This document shows positions 58,201-64,000 of a stretch of DNA of 64,000 nucleotides, in pieces. Made by a program: the position numbers and the translations under genes. The notes under the pieces were generated by a model. That model was given only the letters and a program-made list of their open reading frames with translations, was not told the DNA's origin and did not search any database. The stretch is from NCBI GenBank assembly GCA_002794035.1, contig PCXQ01000004.1:17842-81841 (forward strand), in the 5' to 3' direction. Positions within the stretch are counted from its first letter, which is position 1. Every line of letters begins with the position of its first letter. This DNA comes from Candidatus Yanofskybacteria bacterium CG10_big_fil_rev_8_21_14_0_10_36_16. GTDB taxonomy: Bacteria; Patescibacteriota; Minisyncoccia; 2-02-FULL-40-12; IGHO2-01-FULL-4-A.

Positions 58201-58458
58201 TTATTCAGAGCAAATCCACCCCACACGAGGCTCATAACAATCTGGATTAACAATTGGGTTTTCAAAATTGACTGACAGCTGTGCAAAACTTAGTGCGATA
58301 GCTGCCAGAAAAAAAATAATGATAATGCCTACTACAGGACCATAATCATCGGATTCATTTATATTTTCCTTTGATTCTGGATTCTTTAAATCACAGAGTG
58401 CCTTTATGCCACCCCCAAAACGTGTTGGGTTATTCATCACAGCAAACATCCTTTTCAA
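58201..58458 (-). CDS. Small membrane protein (85 aa), hypothetical
   Basis: One TM helix. Confidence 0.3.
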   Translation of the reverse strand: MKRMFAVMNNPTRFGGGIKALCDLKNPESKENINESDDYGPVVGIIIIFFLAAIALSFAQLSVNFENPIVNPDCYEPRVGWICSE

Positions 58459-58594
58459 ATAATTAAAATAACTAAAAACAGTATAACATGGTTATACTGT
58501 TTTGTCTATCCCGCTCTTGAAATTTTCAAGAGTTTTACATTATCTTGCACATTCGCGCTACTGCGCTCAGTACTTCCTCGCCTTCGTTCGTCAG

Positions 58595-58667
58595 GGTGAC
58601 CGACGGGATTTGAACCCGTAACCCCCGCCTCCACAAAGCGGTGCTCTGCCGTTGAGCTACGATCACC
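58595..58667 (-). tRNA. tRNA-His (anticodon GUG) with encoded G-1
   Basis: Reverse complement is G-GTGATCG-TA-GCTC-AACGGCA-GAGC-A-CCGCT-TTGTGGA-GGCGG-GGGTT-ACGGG-TTCAAAT-CCCGT-CGGTCAC-C. A G-1:C73 pair is present. CCA is not encoded. Confidence 0.85.
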
Positions 58668-58743
58668 ATATTATGGTTTAATTTTCACAAAACCATCTTT
58701 ACAATTCCCAACACCAAAGTCGTCGGGACTACGATCACCATAT

Positions 58744-59112
58744 TTAATTTACAGACCTATCTGTTTCTAACTTATCTTCTTCATCCAAAAACCTGTCCAC
58801 TCCTTCAATATCAAAATAAGCAAGAATCTCATTGTTTGATTTGTCTCTTATCTCTAGTTTACCAACGGAACCGTCTTCTGTTTTTACTTCTTTTACATCA
58901 ACCGCCACAACTCCGAAAATTTGAGCAACTTTTCTATTAAACTCATCTTGGTTAATATTTCCCTCTAATTTTTCCATAAATATTTTTGATATGGCTCCTT
59001 CTATAATTTCTGCACCTATTACATCCGCTCTACCAGCTTGCGTATCCAATTCTTTTACCGATGATTCTTCTTCGTCGCTTCTTTCTTCAATTTTTTCAAA
59101 TTTTTCTGTCAT
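58744..59112 (-). CDS. Acidic hypothetical protein (122 aa)
   Basis: ORF only. Confidence 0.35.
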   Translation of the reverse strand: MTEKFEKIEERSDEEESSVKELDTQAGRADVIGAEIIEGAISKIFMEKLEGNINQDEFNRKVAQIFGVVAVDVKEVKTEDGSVGKLEIRDKSNNEILAYFDIEGVDRFLDEEDKLETDRSVN

Positions 59113-59306
59113 GTTTTTATAATTCTACAACAAAACAAACATAAAGTGAAGCCCTGTGGGCTAAAAAATAAATTATCTCTTAATATTAACTAAATCTTAA
59201 ATTTTTTAGCCCACAGGGCGGAATCCCACCCAAAAGACCTTATTGCTCTCAAGCCATTTGTATCCAAGTCACAACTTGGGGTTTTGAGGGCGCGGATAAA
59301 CAGTCA

Positions 59307-60770
59307 TTACTTAACCCACCTTGCTTTTGACTCGCCCAGGGCAGACTTAACTTTTTTAACTAAAGCATTGAATTGTTCCCCGCGGTCAAACTCATGCTTA
59401 AACTTCTCAAAACTCTTAGCTCCGGGCGAAAATAGAATAATATTTCTTTTATCACCCTTGCCAATTGATTTCATTGCCTGAAAAAAGCAAACATCAAGCA
59501 TTTTATAAACACGGGGATTTTTAAAATTTAATTCTTTTAGCATTTTATCTGTGGCGCTTCCTTCAATAAAAACAACATCTTTTTCTGGCAATGTTTTTTT
59601 AATCTCAACAGCCCAGCCTTTATAATCCAGATCTGCATCAGTACCTCCGGTAATTAAAATCAACTTAGCATTCTTCCTTCTAAATCTTTGCACAGCAGCA
59701 ATTGAAGCATCCGGAGAAGTTGCTGTCGTATCATTTATAATTTCCAACTTACGATTTTTAAATACAACCTCTTGCCTAAAAGGTACTTGGGGCAAAGATT
59801 CTATTTTTTTAATAATTTTAGGCAAAGGAACTCCAAAAGAACTAGCGGCAAGAGTAGAAGCTAAAAGGTTTTCCAGATTATGCCTACCCCATCTTTCAAT
59901 AAATATCTGGGCATCATAAAATAATTTTTCATTTTTGCCCTTTTTAACATATATAGATAAATTCTTATCTATATAAATGCCGTTTTGATTATCGCTAAAT
60001 GGAGTCAAAGAAAAAAATAATATTTTTGATTTAGGTTTTTTTTCTTTAAAAAATTTAGTCCAGTTATTGTTTTCATTTAAAATTAATGTCTGGTCCTTAT
60101 TTTGATATCTAAAAATATTAGCTTTAGTTTCCGCATAATCCTTAATACCCCTATACCTGTTAAGGTGGTCTTTATATATGTTTGTTATTACTGCCACATC
60201 AGGACTTATTTTTACAAAAGATAAAAACTCCAGCAAAAAAGATGGCAACTCCAAAACAATAGGGGCATTGCCTTTATACTTATCGACCATCTCCAATAAA
60301 GGATGTTTCGTAAAGTTTCCCGCGAGGGTGGCTTTGGGATGTTTCGCTTGTAAAAAATGACGTAGCCAATGCACAGTAGTTGTCTTGCCTCTTGTTCCCG
60401 TAACACCAAGGGTTCGGGCAGGACATATTTTATAAAACAAAGTTAATTCGTTCTCTATTTGTTTCCCATGTTTTTTGGCCAAAATTAAAAATTTATTTCT
60501 AAAAGAAACCCCGGGGTTAACCACTATTATGTCGTTTTGTAAAAAATCTTCTTTTTTGTGTTCTCCTAAAACATATTTAATCGGTTTTTTTATTTTTTTT
60601 AGATTATCTAATGTATTTTTTAATTTGCTCGAATCTCTAAGATCAGTTATTGTAAGAATTGCACCATGCTTTAAAAGCCACTTTGCAGTTGCCAAACCAC
60701 CCCCGAGTGTTCCGAGACCCATTAGCAATACTTTTTTATTCTTAATGAAATTATTAGATTCTTTTAGCAT
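59307..60770 (-). CDS. murD: UDP-N-acetylmuramoyl-L-alanine--D-glutamate ligase
   Basis: VLLMGLGTLGGGLATAKWLLKHGA N-terminal Rossmann fold and GVTGTRGKTTT P-loop of Mur ligases. Confidence 0.85.
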   Translation of the reverse strand: MLKESNNFIKNKKVLLMGLGTLGGGLATAKWLLKHGAILTITDLRDSSKLKNTLDNLKKIKKPIKYVLGEHKKEDFLQNDIIVVNPGVSFRNKFLILAKKHGKQIENELTLFYKICPARTLGVTGTRGKTTTVHWLRHFLQAKHPKATLAGNFTKHPLLEMVDKYKGNAPIVLELPSFLLEFLSFVKISPDVAVITNIYKDHLNRYRGIKDYAETKANIFRYQNKDQTLILNENNNWTKFFKEKKPKSKILFFSLTPFSDNQNGIYIDKNLSIYVKKGKNEKLFYDAQIFIERWGRHNLENLLASTLAASSFGVPLPKIIKKIESLPQVPFRQEVVFKNRKLEIINDTTATSPDASIAAVQRFRRKNAKLILITGGTDADLDYKGWAVEIKKTLPEKDVVFIEGSATDKMLKELNFKNPRVYKMLDVCFFQAMKSIGKGDKRNIILFSPGAKSFEKFKHEFDRGEQFNALVKKVKSALGESKARWVK

Positions 60771-60821
60771 TTGCCGCTAAATTACCATAAAAAAAGAATT
60801 ATTCCAATTTAGTTATCCAAA

Positions 60822-61664
60822 ATGAAGAAAAAAATCAAAACAGTTCACCTATTTTATTATACCGAAAATAAAAGGGCTGTTTTATGGAAAAATAAAATAC
60901 AAAAATGGCTCAATAAAAATCATGCAGGCATTGAATTGGTAGAGGATGATGCTGACGTAGTTATGGTTCTGGGCGGTGATGGAACCATCCTTGAAGCTGC
61001 GAACAAATTCGGAGCTACAGGTTCTTTGATTATAGGCTTAAATCTTGGCAATGTCGGTTTTTTGGCATCAGTAAGAAAACCAGCCAATTTTATGAAAAAC
61101 ATAAAAAGATTATTTAGCGGTCAATACAAGGTAGCCGAAAGAATGATGGCCAATGCAGAAATAATAAGAAAAGGCAAAAAAATATTTTCACTAAACGCAT
61201 TTAATGACATAGCAGTACAAAGCCCCCTTGGCATGGTAGAGCTTGAAGTAAAAATAGAAGATCATCCTCTGCAATTTATACGAGGCACAGGCGTTTTGGT
61301 ATCAACCTCAACCGGCTCTACTGCAATGAATCTTTCTTACCACGGCCCCATAGTAACACCAGACATAAAAAGTTTTATAATAACAGAGCTGGCTGACCAC
61401 AATACACCCACACCAAGTATAGTTATAGAAAAAAACAGAATGATCACTATTAATGTTTTAGACTTTAGAGAGATGGGCTTATTGATGTTAAGCAAAAACA
61501 GCCAAAAAATTGACACCGTGCTTACTGTTGATGGAAGTGTAATTCAACCATTAAAAAAGAAAGACAAAGTAATAATCCAGCACTCTCCTCAACTTATAAA
61601 ATTTGTGGAATTTGAAGATCATTACTTTTTCAAATCCCTTCAAGAAAAATTTGCTTTTAAATAA
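60822..61664 (+). CDS. nadK: NAD(+) kinase
   Basis: VVMVLGGDGTILEAA (GGDGT), NDIAV and the downstream NAD-kinase pattern. Confidence 0.8.
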   Translation: MKKKIKTVHLFYYTENKRAVLWKNKIQKWLNKNHAGIELVEDDADVVMVLGGDGTILEAANKFGATGSLIIGLNLGNVGFLASVRKPANFMKNIKRLFSGQYKVAERMMANAEIIRKGKKIFSLNAFNDIAVQSPLGMVELEVKIEDHPLQFIRGTGVLVSTSTGSTAMNLSYHGPIVTPDIKSFIITELADHNTPTPSIVIEKNRMITINVLDFREMGLLMLSKNSQKIDTVLTVDGSVIQPLKKKDKVIIQHSPQLIKFVEFEDHYFFKSLQEKFAFK

Positions 61665-61726
61665 AAACCCCGCCATTGGCGGGGCCACTTTCAATCTTTA
61701 TCCCGCCTCAGCGGGACTTTTATTTT
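61664..61726. terminator. Pair of back-to-back GC hairpins serving the convergent nadK (+) and 61720..62598 (-) genes
   Basis: AAAAACCCCGCC-ATTG-GCGGGGCC then TCCCGC-CTCA-GCGGGA-CTTTTATTTT. One T-run per strand. Confidence 0.65.
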
Positions 61727-62598
61727 GAATGAGTAATACGAAAATCTACTGATGCAAAAACACCCATTTTATTTTTACTTGATATTGATGCAGAGGTCCC
61801 AGGAGCAACACCCGAAAATTCGTTCTTTACAGGAACAAAACCAACGGAAAATCCCACATGAGGGTTCCCCAACCTTACGCCAAAATAATATGATCTCCTT
61901 GCATTAACTGATCCAAAATCCTCAACCTTATATTTCTGAAGTGTATTCCAGCGATCCCAGCCTCGTTCTAATTTAAGTCCATATTTTTGTTCAGACTTAT
62001 TATAACCTGTAAAAACTGACAAAAATTTATAAGCCCTGCATTCAACTTCAATAAACGGAGTGACTTCATCATGACCGTAGGAATCATTCCAGTATATTGA
62101 ATAGTAAACCAGACTAGTGCCTGTTCCACGCTTCTCTTCTCCGTACTGATTTACGGCTCTATAAGTGCTAAAATCTCCTGCTTTTGGACGTTGAGAGGAC
62201 AAAGTGCCCTCAATAAAATCAAAACTTGCTCCGCCTCTGAGGGTAACACGATCAAAAGAATACTGAGGGGCAACCCTAAAAGAAAAGGATTCCAGCCCAG
62301 AGGACGCTGGATCTTTAACTTTGAAATCGTTAAAAGGCACAGTGCGCAAAGCACCCGGCCTTCCAAACCAGCCGTCACCGCTATGAGTAGGGACTTGCCG
62401 TAAACTCGTCGGAATATTCGAAAAAGAAACAGCGCCCGGATTAGAACCTGGGATATTGTAAAGGCCTTTTACCTCAATCCCTAAACCCGAAGCATCTTTT
62501 CCTTTAGCAAAAGTTTTGTTTCCAAAAAATACAAACAGAGCAAAAACAACTGACAAACTGAGTACTTTTTTCAAGATAACCCCCTTATGTGTTTTCAA
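61720..62598 (-). CDS. Secreted beta-strand-rich protein (possible beta-barrel or surface protein), hypothetical
   Basis: Signal peptide (LSLSVVFALFVFFGNKTFA) followed by many alternating-hydrophobic segments (SFSFRV, LVYYSIYW, VGFSVGFVPV, GVFASVDFRI). Confidence 0.45.
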   Translation of the reverse strand: MKTHKGVILKKVLSLSVVFALFVFFGNKTFAKGKDASGLGIEVKGLYNIPGSNPGAVSFSNIPTSLRQVPTHSGDGWFGRPGALRTVPFNDFKVKDPASSGLESFSFRVAPQYSFDRVTLRGGASFDFIEGTLSSQRPKAGDFSTYRAVNQYGEEKRGTGTSLVYYSIYWNDSYGHDEVTPFIEVECRAYKFLSVFTGYNKSEQKYGLKLERGWDRWNTLQKYKVEDFGSVNARRSYYFGVRLGNPHVGFSVGFVPVKNEFSGVAPGTSASISSKNKMGVFASVDFRITHSK

Positions 62599-62725
62599 TA
62601 AATACCAAAATTTAGGATACCACTAAATTTAAAGAGCGTCAAACCGAACGAAAAGACTGTTTTTGATGACAGTCCTACCTAATATAAAGACGACAAAACA
62701 CAACTTGGAGTTTATTTCTATTAAA

Positions 62726-63483
62726 TCAACTAACCGAAAGACGCTTTCTCTCCACCACGGCAATACCCCATATAGTGGCAAATATTATAATCAAAAATCC
62801 TATCACATTAATAATTGTACCTATAATTTCAGCCTGGTATAAAAGATTAAGGTGGTCCAACATATAATACCAATCATGAATCTCTCCACCAACAAGAGGA
62901 AGAGCTCTTGTTGGTGCGTCCAAGACCTGTAGAATTCAAACAAAATAACCTTGAGCGGATTGAATTTGAGCTGGATTCAAGGCATGAGGAGCGATATGTA
63001 CTTGATTGTACATGAGCGACAAGTAACGCAGAAGACGGTCCAAATTCAATCAGCCCGAAGGGAAGCTAAGAAATGGCTGATTTTTTTGTTGCTCCTCCTT
63101 GGAGTAGAATCTACACCTTCGTCGTTGCGCCGCAAAATCACCTCATTTTTCAGCTTCTCAAGATTGTTTGTGTTTGGATTCTACAGGTCCACATATACTG
63201 AAACATTAATAAAACTTTGGCCAAGCCACATAGTAACAAGAGATGCCGAATAAAACTGATCTTTTTTGAAAAAATAAAAAACAAATAAAGCTGGCATTAA
63301 TAATTGTAAAAGTGTACCACCGGCAATATAAATAAATTCTCCAAATGGCAAAAACACAAAATGTCCCGCTTCATGTATTATCAAATCAACGCCATCAAAA
63401 AAATGCCAGCCATCAAGACCGGCATATATAAAATAAAAGGCCACAATCATTAATGCCCCAAGTTTTATATAATGTTTTGACAT
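62726..63483 (-). pseudogene. Membrane HExxH metalloprotease-like gene split into two ORFs (63181..63483 and 62726..62923) by a 266-bp inverted-repeat insertion
   Basis: The N-fragment ends at a TAG supplied by the element's terminal repeat. Removing 62924..63189 joins ...INVSVYV to LDAPTRALPLVGGEIHDWYY... in frame. HEAGH lies in a TM segment. Confidence 0.55.
62924..63189. mobile_element. MITE-like 266-bp element with about 22-bp terminal inverted repeats (GACCTGTAGAATYCAAACAMAA)
   Basis: The left terminal inverted repeat at 62924-62945 and the reverse complement of 63168-63189 match 20 of 22 positions. Internal secondary inverted repeats (GATTGAATTTG). No ORF of transposase size. GC content is higher than the flanks. 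Confidence 0.5.
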
Positions 63484-63585
63484 CTCACTAATATAAAAAT
63501 ACCAGATTACAAATTTTTATAAAAGAAAAGACTCGCCGTGGCGGGACATATTCTTATCGCCCCGCCTGCGGGTCTATAATAAAAC

Positions 63586-63613
63586 AAAAAACGTCTATTA
63601 AAAGACGTTTTTT
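63586..63613. terminator. Bidirectional terminator AAAAAACGTCT-ATTAAA-AGACGTTTTTT downstream of tRNA-Pro
   Basis: Perfect 10-bp stem with flanking A-runs and T-runs. Confidence 0.7.
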
Positions 63614-63625
63614 GTTTTATTGTTG

Positions 63626-63696
63626 TCGGGCCGCCGAGATTCGAACTCGAACTAGATCCTCCCAAAGGACCCGTGCTACCGTTACACCACGGCCCG
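63626..63696 (-). tRNA. tRNA-Pro (anticodon UGG)
   Basis: Reverse complement is CGGGCCG-TG-GTGT-AACGGTA-GCAC-G-GGTCC-TTTGGGA-GGATC-TAGT-TCGAG-TTCGAAT-CTCGG-CGGCCCG-A. The C1-G72 pair and A73 are typical of bacterial tRNA-Pro. Confidence 0.85.
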
Positions 63697-63725
63697 AGCA
63701 TATATAGAACAATATCATTTTTATA

Positions 63726-63753
63726 TTGAAAAATAAAGGATTTGAGGTATAAT
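63726..63753 (+). promoter_or_regulatory. Sigma70-like promoter for tRNA-Arg (TTGAAA, 16-nt spacer, TATAAT)
   Basis: Consensus-like -35 and -10 hexamers. The tRNA 5' end is 13 nt downstream of the -10. Confidence 0.6.
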
Positions 63754-63766
63754 GTGATTATAAAAT

Positions 63767-63838
63767 GCCCCGGTAGTTCAACGGATAGAACAAGGGACTT
63801 CTAATCCCTAAATGAGGGTTCGATTCCTTCCCGGGGTA
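63767..63838 (+). tRNA. tRNA-Arg (anticodon UCU)
   Basis: GCCCCGG-TA-GTTC-AACGGATA-GAAC-A-AGGGA-CTTCTAA-TCCCT-AAAT-GAGGG-TTCGATT-CCTTC-CCGGGGT-A cloverleaf. Confidence 0.85.
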
Positions 63839-63852
63839 CTAAAAACAGGTTG

Positions 63853-63868
63853 CCCCGCCTTGGCGGGG
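63853..63868 (+). other. GC hairpin CCCCGCC-TT-GGCGGGG immediately 3' of tRNA-Arg (processing or terminator stem; no clear T-run)
   Basis: Seen directly. It is the same hairpin family used at other terminators in this window. Confidence 0.4.
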
Positions 63869-64000
63869 CCGAGCATGCTGACAAATAACGATGAAGAAGT
63901 ACTGAGGCCAGTAGGCTGAATGTGCTAATAAAAAACACCCCACGAGTGAGGCGTTTTTAGTTATAAGAACTAAATATTATTTCTCCGCTAAAACATCTAA

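Noticed and set aside
59284-59481. 65-aa plus-strand ORF
   Set aside because: It overlaps the murD 3' region on the opposite strand and has no independent support.
62951-63253. 100-aa + strand ORF
   Set aside because: It lies entirely inside the inverted-repeat element and overlaps the disrupted minus-strand gene. It is likely a spurious open frame in GC-richer DNA.
63507-63701. 64-aa minus-strand ORF
   Set aside because: It overlaps tRNA-Pro and its terminator, and its Gly/Ser/Pro-rich translation is typical of reading through a tRNA gene.
1-64000. CRISPR array or cas genes
   Set aside because: No run of regularly spaced direct repeats and no Cas-like proteins were seen. The only nuclease with a Cas4-like fold (1149..1901) has no CRISPR context.

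Overview
This is a low-GC, gene-dense bacterial window whose content resembles a small-genome Patescibacteria/CPR-like organism: compact ribosomal proteins, K/E-rich extensions, PEGA and LCP proteins, and many glycosyltransferases. Housekeeping genes recognised include rpmA, gltX, priA, def and fmt, a metal ABC transporter, efp, and an envelope glycan locus (LCP, GT2/GT4, O-antigen-ligase-like, mreB). A minus-strand ribosomal cluster runs infA-rpmJ-rpsM-rpsK-rpsD-rpoA-rplQ-rplM-rpsI, where rpmJ (37 aa) was found by hand because it falls below the ORF-track cutoff. Other calls are alaS, msrB, rarA, an ABC exporter pair, an L,D-transpeptidase, murD, nadK, and tRNA-His, tRNA-Pro and tRNA-Arg. Two thiol-disulfide modules are present. 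The first is a P2-type ATPase, a Cys/Lys-rich mini-protein, a VKOR-Trx fusion and a CcdA-like protein. The second is an ArsR, Trx-like, DUF3179, TlpA, CcdA operon. The two most unusual items are a roughly 530-bp GC-rich island with its own SD-led ORF between the ABC permease and efp, and a 266-bp inverted-repeat (MITE-like) element. The MITE-like element splits an HExxH membrane-protein gene in a frame-preserving way near the tRNA-Pro/tRNA-Arg locus. Further oddities are an RpoA lacking the alpha-CTD, a PriA without a Walker A loop, an AlaRS without the C-Ala domain, a repeated palindromic hairpin module upstream of rpmA, and a 770-bp non-coding gap with a 3-codon SD-led mini-ORF. Coordinates for re-derived starts and small RNA or terminator features were counted by hand and may be off by 1-2 nt.
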